DNA from: Macrostomum hystrix
Lineage: Eukaryota > Animalia > Platyhelminthes
Length of the DNA: 64,000 nucleotides
Reading direction: 5' to 3'
NCBI GenBank assembly: GCA_950097015.1
Contig: CATNEN010000024.1
Coordinates: 6,014,001 to 6,078,000, forward strand
Numbering within the stretch: position 1 is the stretch's first letter; each line of letters begins with the position of its first letter. The notes under the pieces are model-generated. The model was not told the origin of the DNA and ran no database searches. It worked only from the letters and a program-made list of their open reading frames with translations. The position numbers and the translations under genes are program-made. Below are positions 1-11,300 of the stretch, in pieces.

Positions 1-80
1 TCTTGTACAATGGGCTGCACAGTTGGACTGAATCTCGCCACTGGAATGGCCAAATGTCGGTAAAGGCTGATTTCATTTCT

Positions 81-425
81 TCAGCTCATGTCCATTGGCT
101 CGGTGGGCGCGAGCGCTCCGTCATTGTCGGCAACGATGGCCACCGTTGTGCTGTCCGCGTCGCCGCCGCTGCAGCAGCCGAATTTGTCGCAGTCGATGAT
201 CAGTGCCTTCAGCACGTCGGACAGTGATACTAGGCCGGCGACGCGGCCCTCCGAGTCCGTAACAACTAGCCGATGAACCTCGGCCGTGACGAGCTTCTCG
301 ATGACGCTCTTTAATGAATCCTCGGCACGACAGCTGCTGACGCCTTCGAAACGATCGCGGCGATACTGCAGGGCCTCCTTCACGGAGATGTCCAGGTTGT
401 TGTAGGTCTTTGTGGCGGCCAGGTT
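81..425 (-). CDS. PRKAG: AMPK gamma subunit, last coding exon (CBS4 and C-terminus)
   Basis: Translates NLAATKTYNNLDISVKEALQYR..EGV..C..EVHRLVVTD..G.VSLSDVL, matching the AMPK-gamma C-terminal CBS region. Acceptor ttgcag|AAC at 426/425; TGA at 83-81; 345 bp, phase 0. Confidence 0.95.
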   Translation of the reverse strand, partial: NLAATKTYNNLDISVKEALQYRRDRFEGVSSCRAEDSLKSVIEKLVTAEVHRLVVTDSEGRVAGLVSLSDVLKALIIDCDKFGCCSGGDADSTTVAIVADNDGALAPTEPMDMS

Positions 426-701
426 CTGCAATTTAATAAGCATTGGAATGTGAGATGCCATTATTAAACCCGTGAAGCATTATTTTATGCAGTCGATATT
501 TCCTAGAAAATCACTCAACACAAGCCATTTAAAAATTAGTCCACATGCATAATACACTGAATTATAGGAGAACTAATACTTTACCATCTATCATATCAAT
601 TCAAGATTGTTTCGATTACAGATCCAAGCCCCTGGCAACAGTCATAATCCCATATTCATTAAAGGTTATTGCAGAGCCCTAGAATTCTCCCATTCCAGAT
701 C

Positions 702-1057
702 CGTATAATAATAATCGCAGGAGGGCTGCGGGCAGTGGCACATCATTTAGTAACACTAGACCCGCAGCCAGCGAGGAGGCAATTCTGCCCATTTCGCTGA
801 CTCCTGAGCACACACGCACACAGATACTGTACGCAGGCACACGCTCACACAGGTTTGTACGTCTGCCCTGACTTTCTCATCGTCAGGCAGTGTACACTTC
901 GCTGTGCCTTGGAAGTTGACCCTCAAGGGCATACATTGCACGACAAGCCGCCAAGCCTTCTCTCCGCGGCTGCGCCCCAAATAAATATGGCCTAGCCGTG
1001 GAATCGAACTTAGGAACCGAGGTGCGATGCCAACGCGTTAACCGCTCTGCCACCAAC
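702..1057 (-). mobile_element. tRNA-derived SINE (family A, copy 1)
   Basis: On the minus strand: A box TGGCAGAGCGG (1052-1042), B box GTTCGATTCC (1009-1000), (ATT)n tail (715-705). Homologous along its length to 51971-52339. Flanked by the 13-bp direct repeat CCCATTCCAGATC (689-701, 1058-1070), a possible TSD. Confidence 0.85.
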
Positions 1058-1126
1058 CCCATTCCAGATCTATAGAATCGTCCCTTTTTAGATCCTAGAA
1101 TTCACTCATTCCAGTTCATTTTATTC

Positions 1127-1303
1127 TCCCATTCCACATCCTAGAATCCTCCCATTCCACATCCTAGAATCCTCCCATTCCACATCCTAGAATCCTCCCA
1201 TTCCACATCCTAGAATCCTCCCATTCCACATCCTAGAATCCTCCCATTCCACATCCTAGAATCCTCCCATTCCAGATCCCAGAATCCTCCCATTCCAAAT
1301 CCC
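1127..1303. repeat. 23-bp minisatellite (CCCATTCCACATCCTAGAATCCT)n, ~7-8 copies
   Basis: Direct tandem periodicity, intronic, just past the donor at 1351. Confidence 0.95.
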
Positions 1304-1351
1304 AAACAGCTGCTCCGTCATCCCCGACCCGACTAAGCAAAAGTGGCTCAC

Positions 1352-1979
1352 AATCACGTCAAACTTGGAATAGATGTCAACTAGCCGGCCGTTTCCGTCC
1401 ACAACAGGCAGAGCGCTGACCCGATTCTGCACGAACAGGTTGAGCACCCGCACTAGTGGCGTACTCTCGCTCACCGTGATGATAGTGGTGTAGGTGCCGA
1501 TGCCCAACTGGCGCACTGGCCTGGCCAGCCAGGCTGGCATCGGCAGCTGGTGAATGTACAAGAAGATGTACTTTAGTATGCGCTTGTGAGTCACAATGAA
1601 TAGCGAGTTGCCAGTAGCCGGGTCGATCACTGGCAGGCGGTGCACCCGAGCCTGGAGCAGCAGGCGAACAGCGTCGAGAAGGGAGGCCTCGGGCGAGATC
1701 CAGATTAGCGGCTTGAGTCGGCTGCTCAACTCGGCGCGCCAGGTGCTGATGCGGTGGGTTTCAAGCTCCTCCATAGGTACCAGAGCTGAGCGATAATAAT
1801 TGTGTAGGATGTGAATAAAGTCGCTAATTGTCAGCATGCCAACAAAGCGCTGTTGCTGGGCGTCCCACAGAGGCGCGGCGCGCAGGCCGTTATAGACTAA
1901 AGCGAAGAAGGCTTTGCGCACATTCAGGCTGTTGTCGAACACCAGTAGCTTGCTGCTGGTGGGAATCAAATCGTAGCAC
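1352..1979 (-). CDS. PRKAG: AMPK gamma subunit, exon encoding CBS1-CBS3
   Basis: Translates (R)CYDLIPTSSKLLVFD..KAFFALVYNGLRAAPLWD..FVGMLTISDFI..HRLPVID..THKRILK..SALPVVD..VDIYSKFDVI, diagnostic AMPK-gamma motifs. Acceptor ctacag|G at 1980/1979; donor ATT|gtgagc at 1352/1351; 628 bp fits the phases of both neighbouring exons. Confidence 0.97.
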
Positions 1980-2139
1980 CTGTAGGAGCCGGGCGGGAGT
2001 TAGAAGAAGTTGCGGTGAAATCGAGTAGAAAAGCAGCCAGAAATAAAAGTAGTAACTAAAGGCCACAGTTATTTGCGTGCAGCCGCGGAATGAAAACATG
2101 CGGGGTTGCTGGGCAATTTAATCCCATAGGGGCCAATTC

Positions 2140-2439
2140 TTAAGACAGGGATAGTGCTAGTTTGCGGGTCATAAAAGTCGCGGGTTCGATTCCCAACTCC
2201 ACTGGAAAAATTTATGCACTAAAGCAAGACACTTAACTCCGCGTTGCTTCAGTTCACCCAGCTGTTAAAGGGTGCCAGCATCAGCTGGGGTAAATGAGAG
2301 TAGGTGTGGCGTCCTCCCAGTCCATGGACTGAACAGCCGTACGCTGGCTTCAGATGCGCAGCGCAATAGCTGCGGATGTGCTATCGGCTGCACATCTGGC
2401 CCAATTCGGACAGGTGTAATACGGATTCGGATTCGGATT
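2140..2439 (+). mobile_element. Second SINE type: tRNA-like head, CORE-like body and (CGGATT)n tail
   Basis: B box GGTTCGATTCC at 2183-2193, then GCAAGACACTTAAC...CACCCAGCTGTTAAAGGGT (2224-2273), which resembles the SINE CORE domain; tail CGGATTx3 at 2422-2439. The A box is degenerate, so the 5' end is approximate. Confidence 0.55.
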
Positions 2440-2574
2440 GGTGCACATTTTAGGGCCATTTATCGATTGCGCAAAAGAAGAGGAATCAACTAAAAACAGC
2501 TAACTTTTTAGTGCATTAATGTGTCATATCAAACATTGCTGCCCTTCTATTTCAACCCTCAGCCCCCAGCGCAC

Positions 2575-2870
2575 CGGTGCTTCTGAACGAAGATGGCGAA
2601 CACCCGGCTGGGATCGCCGAGAGATTCGGTGCGCACTTCGTCAATGTCCACCGAGCTGCAGTCGTTCTGGCAGCGCGACCGGAATATGATGTACTTTTCG
2701 TTCTCGGTTACTTGCACTTCGGCGCCAGACTGGGTCCGCTGACGGGCAGGCGGGTGGTGGCCGGAGCCGGAGGAGGGGGAGACTAGCGGCGGCTGACCGG
2801 AGGACATGCCGTGACTGTGGCCGAAACTGTTGGACCAGTGACTGCGCGACTCGGCCAAGGCTGCCGGAGA
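2575..2870 (-). CDS. PRKAG: AMPK gamma subunit exon preceding CBS1
   Basis: Ends ..DPSRVFAIFVQKH-CG|gtgcgc, which joins |G to give KHR-CYDLIP as in AMPK-gamma. An in-frame TGA lies just upstream, so the exon must start at an acceptor; catccag|TCT at 2871/2870 is phase 0. The 5' boundary is less certain than the 3'. Confidence 0.85.
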
Positions 2871-3415
2871 CTGGATGCTGCACTGGCCTGGTCAGAGGGA
2901 GTGGTTGGGGTGAGACTGGATGCTGCACTGGCCTGGTCAGAGGGAGTGGTTGGGGTGAGACTGGATGCTGCACTGGCCTGGTCAGAGGGAGAGTGGTTGG
3001 GGTGAGACTGGATGCTGCACTGGCCTGGTCAGAGGGAGAGTGGTTGGGGTGAGACTGGATGCTGCACTGGCCTGGTCAGAGGGAGAGTGGTTGGGCTGAG
3101 ACTGGATGCTGCACTGGCCTGGTCAGAGGGAGAGTGGTTGGGCTGAGACTGGATGCTGCACTGGCCTGGTCAGAGGGAGAGTGGTTGGGGTGAGACTGGA
3201 TGCTGCACTGAGGGAGTGGTTGGGGTGATGCTGGATGCTGCACTGAGGTAGTGGTTGGGGTGAGACTGGATGCTGCACTGAGGTAGTGAGACTGGATGCT
3301 GCACTGAGGGAGTGGTTGGGGTGAGACTGGATGCTGCACTGAGGTAGTGGTTGGGGTGAGACTGGATGCTGCACTGAGGTAGTGAGACTGGATAACCAGA
3401 CTGCACTGGCCTGGT
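2867..3415. repeat. GC-rich 44-46-bp minisatellite with shorter 27-34-bp derivatives, ~13 copies of the GAGACTGGATGCTGCACTG core
   Basis: Tandem periodicity. It accounts for the QHPVS-repeat ORFs at 2641-3446. Confidence 0.92.
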
Positions 3416-4564
3416 TAACCTGATCGCAGCTGCTCTGGTAGGTCAATAAAGTTCTATATTTCTATGAATTCAGTCAGCTCATAAAGACTCATAACCCCAT
3501 ACGTGTATTACGTCTGCATAATCTTTCTTATACGATCATAGTTAGCTACATACGAGCTAAAGTTTGCTGCAAAAATCTGCATAGGCTTCTTTTAGACGAA
3601 CTATAGTACCGGCTATCACACAGCAAGCAAGCGACTTCCTTTTCGGAGCAAAGACGAGAGAGATTTACTGCATTTCACTGTCACTCTGTAACTGTAATTT
3701 CAATTCACAATGCTGAGAAAATAAAGAGTAAAGTAGCCAGAAATTCATCTATAAGAGATGAAGACGAAATCCTTAGTTTCTTAGAAATAGTGCAGAATCC
3801 TAGTCCAATTTCATTTCCCCTTATCTGCTCTCACTTGGGGATGACAAATCCTGTGGGATAAGCCTTTTCCGCCCTGTCCACCGAATCCGAAGCTATGGCG
3901 ACATAATCAGGACCCGAGATGTGCCTATGGTATATTATGTATAGGGATATACGCTAGGCAAAAATTAGTATTCGGGTAGTGCTGTAAGACAAGCCAATGA
4001 CATGGAATACTAAATAGCAAAGTAGCTAATGAACCAGCTTCAGAAGACAAATGTCATAAGAAATTATCTGATATTAAATCACTTTTAAAGGTGTTTACGT
4101 CTAACTTAACCCTAGCCTAGGCCTAGAAAAGACCCTAGGCACTTAAAATGGGTTCAGATTACGTACGTACCTTCTGACTCCTGACCTCCTTGGGTGTGTA
4201 TGTCAAAGTGGCTTAATTTTCGTTCTTAAACACGATACATGCAGTCCTAGCGGTACAGACCATATAGCAAGTTTCAGTCACTTCAGGAATTATATTCACA
4301 TGACTCTTGTCATACAAGACAGGACAGAAACCGTCTGATAAGCCAGCAGAAAAATACAAAAATTCAAAGCTTACTGTGTAGATTGGTTGTAGATTGGCTG
4401 TCTTCTTTCCTTGATTGCCAAATCCCTAGTTTCGTTTAAGTGAGCGTGCTTTTACCTAGGCCTTGTTCGTTTGTAATGCAGAAAGCACTATATCTCTAGC
4501 TGGCCAGATAGAAGACTGCGAAAGTGAAGGGTTTGGCGGTCGGAGGGTAGGACCAAGGGCTCAA

Positions 4565-4596
4565 GTGTGTGTGTGTGTGTGGGTGGGTGTGTGTGC
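4565..4596. repeat. (GT)n microsatellite
   Basis: gtgtgtgtgtgtgtgtgggtgggtgtgtgtg. Confidence 0.85.
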
Positions 4597-4902
4597 CTGA
4601 GTGTACAATTGGCCCGAGGGGAGAGTAGGGAAGAGCGCGCTGTTAGCCGAAACCGGTGAATGTACATGCTGGATCACATGATAAAATTCTGCGTACATTT
4701 GTGGCGCGCAAAGAGAAGGAATGCGGCTGGCCGTGTTGATTGAAGAGTTTTGGGTGAGGGGTGGCGGGCAGGGAGAGGCGGAAAAAAACGCTTTCCAGTT
4801 GTGCAGATCATTCATTCTATAGAATCTAGCCCAAGGCGCCCAAGGCCAATAGCGCAGCACAAACCCCCTGATTTAAAAAAAATGTTTTAATTGTAATATA
4901 GT

Positions 4903-4910
4903 TAAGTTAG
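4903..4910. repeat. Left target-site duplication TAAGTTAG
   Basis: Identical to 45058-45065. The direct repeat extends to GTTAAGTTAG (4901-4910 and 45056-45065). Confidence 0.9.
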
Positions 4911-5379
4911 ACGTCTATACTTCCAGTACCAGAACCAGTACCAGAACCAGTACCAGAAAAAAATTATGTTATAGCCAACAAAAAATCGACAAGCAACTAA
5001 TAAAAAGACTTCTAACAGATGAAATACTTATATATCGGTCCGAAAATATCATTATTGAGAATAAAATTAATAAATATCGACGGACTTGCGCACAACACAC
5101 AAAAAATGGTTTACTTTCACAAAACGTTTTTTAATACATTTTTTCATAGAATAAAACAAATTTGCTCAACCAACTGAGTAAACGAATACAAAAAGCGGTT
5201 TACTAAATATCGCAACTACTAAAATCACAACTCAAAACTCACCTCATTAAATGTGTTTGTAAAATTTATTTTTTTTATAATCATCGTAAACTTCATCAAA
5301 AAAACTAAAAATATAACCTCACTTTTGCGCTTCGCAGGATTATTACTCGTACATCATATACAGCTGAGAGCAATGATAA
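4911..5379 (+). repeat. Left terminal inverted repeat, non-satellite part (469 bp, AT-rich, with CCAGTACCAGAA x3)
   Basis: Collinear reverse complement of 44589-45057 (paired coordinates sum to 49968). I found one mismatch by eye (5137 vs 44831). Confidence 0.95.
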
Positions 5380-8300
5380 GGAAGGAAACATTATCTGTGA
5401 ACACGGCTGTAAAATTTCAGAGCCCTGACGTGTCGCGTCTCGGAGTTGTAGACCCTCGAGTCCCCCCCACTCTGATATCTCCCATTTTAAAAGTACTTTT
5501 CGTCACCTCACTGAATCTGGTGGTCAAAAGAAGCTGAAAACTCAGATCTGGAAGGAAACATTATCTGTGAACACGGCTGTAAAATTTCAGAGCCCTGACT
5601 AGTCGCGTCTCGGAGTTGTAGACCCTCGAGTCCCCCCCACTCTGATATCTCCCATTTTAAAAGTACTTTTCGTCACCTCACTGAATCTGGTGGTCAGACG
5701 AGGCTAAAAACTCAGATCTGGAAGGAAACATTATCTGTGAACACGGCTGTAAAATTTCAGAGCCCTGACTATTCGCGTCTCGGAGTTGTAGACCCTCGAG
5801 TCCCCCCCACTCTGATATCTCCCATTTTAAAAGTACTTTTCGTCACCTCACTGAATCTGGTGGTCAAAAGAAGCTGAAAACTCAGATCTGGAAGGAAACA
5901 TTATCTGTGAACACGGCTGTAAAATTTCAGAGCCCTGACTAGTCGCGTCTCGGAGTTGTAGACCCTCGAGTCCCCCCCACTCTGATATCTCCCATTTTAA
6001 AAGTACTTTTCGTCACCTCACTGAATCTGGTGGTCAGACGAGGCTAAAAACTTAGATCTGGAAGGAAACATTATCTGTAAACACGGCTGTAAAATTTCAG
6101 AGCCCTGACTATTCGCGTCTCGGAGTTGTAGACCCTCGAGTCCCCCCCACTCTGATATCTCCCATTTTAAAAGTACTTTTCGTCACCTCACTGAATCTGG
6201 TGGTCAAAAGAAGCTGAAAACTCAGATCTGGAAGGAAACATTATCTGTAAACACGGCTGTAAAATTTCAGAGCCCTGACTATTCGCGTCTCGGAGTTGTA
6301 GACCCTCGAGTCCCCCCCACTCTGATATCTCCCATTTTAAAAGTACTTTTCGTCACCTCACTGAATCTGGTGGTCAAAAGAAGCTGAAAACTCAGATCTG
6401 GAAGGAAACATTATCTGTAAACACGGCTGTAAAATTTCAGAGCCCTGACTATTCGCGTCTCGGAGTTGTAGACCCTCGAGTCCCCCCCACTCTGATATCT
6501 CCCATTTTAAAAGTACTTTTCGTCACCTCACTGAATCTGGTGGTCAAAAGAAGCTGAAAACTCAGATCTGGAAGGAAACATTATCTGTGAACACGGCTGT
6601 AAAATTTCAGAGCCCTGACTAGTCGCGTCTCGGAGTTGTAGACCCTCGAGTCCCCCCCACTCTGATATCTCCCATTTTAAAAGTACTTTTCGTCACCTCA
6701 CTGAATCTGGTGGTCAAAAGAAGCTGAAAACTCAGATCTGGAAGGAAACATTATCTGTGAACACGGCTGTAAAATTTCAGAGCCCTGACTAGTCACGTCT
6801 CGGAGTTGTAGACCCTCGAGTCCCCCCCACTCTGATATCTCCCATTTTAAAAGTACTTTTCGTCACCTCACTGAATCTGGTGGTCAAAAGAAGCTGAAAA
6901 CTCAGATCTGGAAGGAAACATTATCTGTGAACACGGCTGTAAAATTTCAGAGCCCTGACTAGTCGCGTCTCGGAGTTGTAGACCCTCGAGTCCCCCCCAC
7001 TCTGATATCTCCCATTTTAAAAGTACTTTTCGTCACCTCACTGAATCTGGTGGTCAGACGAGGCTAAAAACTCAGATCTGGAAGGAAACATTATCTGTGA
7101 ACACGGCTGTAAAATTTCAGAGCCCTGACTATTCGCGTCTCGGAGTTGTAGACCCTCGAGTCCCCCCCACTCTGATATCTCCCATTTTAAAAGTACTTTT
7201 CGTCACCTCACTGAATCTGGTGGTCAAAAGAAGCTGAAAACTCAGATCTGGAAGGAAACATTATCTGTGAACACGGCTGTAAAATTTCAGAGCCCTGACT
7301 ATTCGCGTCTCGGAGTTGTAGACCCTCGAGTCCCCCCCACTCTGATATCTCCCATTTTAAAAGTACTTTTCGTCACCTCACTGAATCTGGTGGTCAAAAG
7401 AAGCTGAAAACTCAGATCTGGAAGGAAACATTATCTGTAAACACGGCTGTAAAATTTCAGAGCCCTGACTATTCGCGTCTCGGAGTTGTAGACCCTCGAG
7501 TCCCCCCCACTCTGATATCTCCCATTTTAAAAGTACTTTTCGTCACCTCACTGAATCTGGTGGTCAAAAGAAGCTGAAAACTCAGATCTGGAAGGAAACA
7601 TTATCTGTAAACACGGCTGTAAAATTTCAGAGCCCTGACTATTCGCGTCTCGGAGTTGTAGACCCTCGAGTCCCCCCCACTCTGATATCTCCCATTTTAA
7701 AAGTACTTTTCGTCACCTCACTGAATCTGGTGGTCAAAAGAAGCTGAAAACTCAGATCTGGAAGGAAACATTATCTGTGAACACGGCTGTAAAATTTCAG
7801 AGCCCTGACTAGTCGCGTCTCGGAGTTGTAGACCCTCGAGTCCCCCCACTCTGATATCTCCCATTTTAAAAGTACTTTTCGTCACCTCACTGAATCTGGT
7901 GGTCAGACGAGGCTAAAAACTCAGATCTGGAAGGAAACATTATCTGTAAACACGGCTGTAAAATTTCAGAGCCCTGACTAGTCGCGTCTCGGAGTTGTAG
8001 ACCCTCGAGTCCCCCCCACTCTGATATCTCCCATTTTAAAAGTACTTTTCGTCACCTCACTGAATCTGGTGGTCAAAAGAAGCTGAAAACTCAGATCTGG
8101 AAGGAAACATTATCTGTGAACACGGCTGTAAAATTTCAGAGCCCTGACTAGTCGCGTCTCGGAGTTGTAGACCCTCGAGTCCCCCCCACTCTGATATCTC
8201 CCATTTTAAAAGTACTTTTCGTCACCTCACTGAATCTGGTGGTCAGACGAGGCTAAAAACTCAGATCTGGAAGGAAACATTATCTGTGAACACGGCTGTA

Positions 8301-11300
8301 AAATTTCAGAGCCCTGACTAGTCGCGTCTCGGAGTTGTAGACCCTCGAGTCCCCCCCACTCTGATATCTCCCATTTTAAAAGTACTTTTCGTCACCTCAC
8401 TGAATCTGGTGGTCAAAAGAAGCTGAAAACTCAGATCTGGAAGGAAACATTATCTGTGAACACGGCTGTAAAATTTCAGAGCCCTGACTAGTCGCGTCTC
8501 GGAGTTGTAGACCCTCGAGTCCCCCCACTCTGATATCTCCCATTTTAAAAGTACTTTTCGTCACCTCACTGAATCTGGTGGTCAGACGAGGCTAAAAACT
8601 CAGATCTGGAAGGAAACATTATCTGTAAACACGGCTGTAAAATTTCAGAGCCCTGACTAGTCGCGTCTCGGAGTTGTAGACCCTCGAGTCCCCCCCACTC
8701 TGATATCTCCCATTTTAAAAGTACTTTTCGTCACCTCACTGAATCTGGTGGTCAAAAGAAGCTGAAAACTCAGATCTGGAAGGAAACATTATCTGTGAAC
8801 ACGGCTGTAAAATTTCAGAGCCCTGACTAGTCGCGTCTCGGAGTTGTAGACCCTCGAGTCCCCCCCACTCTGATATCTCCCATTTTAAAAGTACTTTTCG
8901 TCACCTCACTGAATCTGGTGGTCAAAAGAAGCTGAAAACTCAGATCTGGAAGGAAACATTATCTGTAAACACGGCTGTAAAATTTCAGAGCCCTGACTAT
9001 TCGCGTCTCGGAGTTGTAGACCCTCGAGTCCCCCCCACTCTGATATCTCCCATTTTAAAAGTACTTTTCGTCACCTCACTGAATCTGGTGGTCAAAAGAA
9101 GCTGAAAACTCAGATCTGGAAGGAAACATTATCTGTAAACACGGCTGTAAAATTTCAGAGCCCTGACTATTCGCGTCTCGGAGTTGTAGACCCTCGAGTC
9201 CCCCCCACTCTGATATCTCCCATTTTAAAAGTACTTTTCGTCACCTCACTGAATCTGGTGGTCAAAAGAAGCTGAAAACTCAGATCTGGAAGGAAACATT
9301 ATCTGTAAACACGGCTGTAAAATTTCAGAGCCCTGACTATTCGCGTCTCGGAGTTGTAGACCCTCGAGTCCCCCCCACTCTGATATCTCCCATTTTAAAA
9401 GTACTTTTCGTCACCTCACTGAATCTGGTGGTCAAAAGAAGCTGAAAACTCAGATCTGGAAGGAAACATTATCTGTGAACACGGCTGTAAAATTTCAGAG
9501 CCCTGACTAGTCGCGTCTCGGAGTTGTAGACCCTCGAGTCCCCCCACTCTGATATCTCCCATTTTAAAAGTACTTTTCGTCACCTCACTGAATCTGGTGG
9601 TCAGACGAGGCTAAAAACTCAGATCTGGAAGGAAACATTATCTGTAAACACGGCTGTAAAATTTCAGAGCCCTGACTAGTCGCGTCTCGGAGTTGTAGAC
9701 CCTCGAGTCCCCCCCACTCTGATATCTCCCATTTTAAAAGTACTTTTCGTCACCTCACTGAATCTGGTGGTCAAAAGAAGCTGAAAACTCAGATCTGGAA
9801 GGAAACATTATCTGTGAACACGGCTGTAAAATTTCAGAGCCCTGACTAGTCGCGTCTCGGAGTTGTAGACCCTCGAGTCCCCCCCACTCTGATATCTCCC
9901 ATTTTAAAAGTACTTTTCGTCACCTCACTGAATCTGGTGGTCAAAAGAAGCTGAAAACTCAGATCTGGAAGGAAACATTATCTGTAAACACGGCTGTAAA
10001 ATTTCAGAGCCCTGACTATTCGCGTCTCGGAGTTGTAGACCCTCGAGTCCCCCCCACTCTGATATCTCCCATTTTAAAAGTACTTTTCGTCACCTCACTG
10101 AATCTGGTGGTCAAAAGAAGCTGAAAACTCAGATCTGGAAGGAAACATTATCTGTAAACACGGCTGTAAAATTTCAGAGCCCTGACTATTCGCGTCTCGG
10201 AGTTGTAGACCCTCGAGTCCCCCCCACTCTGATATCTCCCATTTTAAAAGTACTTTTCGTCACCTCACTGAATCTGGTGGTCAAAAGAAGCTGAAAACTC
10301 AGATCTGGAAGGAAACATTATCTGTAAACACGGCTGTAAAATTTCAGAGCCCTGACTATTCGCGTCTCGGAGTTGTAGACCCTCGAGTCCCCCCCACTCT
10401 GATATCTCCCATTTTAAAAGTACTTTTCGTCACCTCACTGAATCTGGTGGTCAAAAGAAGCTGAAAACTCAGATCTGGAAGGAAACATTATCTGTAAACA
10501 CGGCTGTAAAATTTCAGAGCCCTGACTAGTCGCGTCTCGGAGTTGTAGACCCTCGAGTCCCCCCCACTCTTATATCTCCCATTTTAAAAGTACTTTTCGT
10601 CACCTCACTGAATCTGGTGGTCAAAAGAAGCTGAAAACTCAGATCTGGAAGGAAACATTATCTGTGAACACGGCTGTAAAATTTCAGAGCCCTGACTAGT
10701 CACGTCTCGGAGTTGTAGACCCTCGAGTCCCCCCCACTCTGATATCTCCCATTTTAAAAGTACTTTTCGTCACCTCACTGAATCTGGTGGTCAGACGAGG
10801 CTAAAAACTTAGATCTGGAAGGAAACATTATCTGTAAACACGGCTGTAAAATTTCAGAGCCCTGACTATTCGCGTCTCGGAGTTGTAGACCCTCGAGTCC
10901 CCCCCACTCTGATATCTCCCATTTTAAAAGTACTTTTCGTCACCTCACTGAATCTGGTGGTCAAAAGAAGCTGAAAACTCAGATCTGGAAGGAAACATTA
11001 TCTGTAAACACGGCTGTAAAATTTCAGAGCCCTGACTATTCGCGTCTCGGAGTTGTAGACCCTCGAGTCCCCCCCACTCTGATATCTCCCATTTTAAAAG
11101 TACTTTTCGTCACCTCACTGAATCTGGTGGTCAAAAGAAGCTGAAAACTCAGATCTGGAAGGAAACATTATCTGTAAACACGGCTGTAAAATTTCAGAGC
11201 CCTGACTATTCGCGTCTCGGAGTTGTAGACCCTCGAGTCCCCCCCACTCTGATATCTCCCATTTTAAAAGTACTTTTCGTCACCTCACTGAATCTGGTGG

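Noticed and set aside
1256-1351. C-terminal extension of the 237-aa ORF (VSHFCLVGSGM...)
   Set aside because: Read-through into the intron and 23-bp minisatellite after the GTGAGC donor. The real protein continues at 425.
2641-3446. QHPVS-repeat ORFs, and likewise the WEIRRESE (54441-55024), 50895-51146 and 53215-53490 ORFs
   Set aside because: Translations of minisatellites.
4561-4860. Possible decayed retroelement or coding remnants here and at 51350-51760, 53700-54600 and 60450-61100
   Set aside because: No RT, endonuclease or other recognisable motif could be supported by eye; tBLASTx against Repbase would be needed.
5253-5537. 94-aa ORF and its mirror at 44431-44715 as a small gene
   Set aside because: It starts at a GTG, spans the TIR/satellite junction, has no recognisable domain, and its duplication follows from the TIR.
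5590-5640. tRNA/Pol III-like A and B boxes in the 170-bp monomer (TGACTAGTCG...CCTCGAGTCC)
   Set aside because: The B box lacks the conserved GTT, the spacing (~16 nt) is too short, and there is no cloverleaf.
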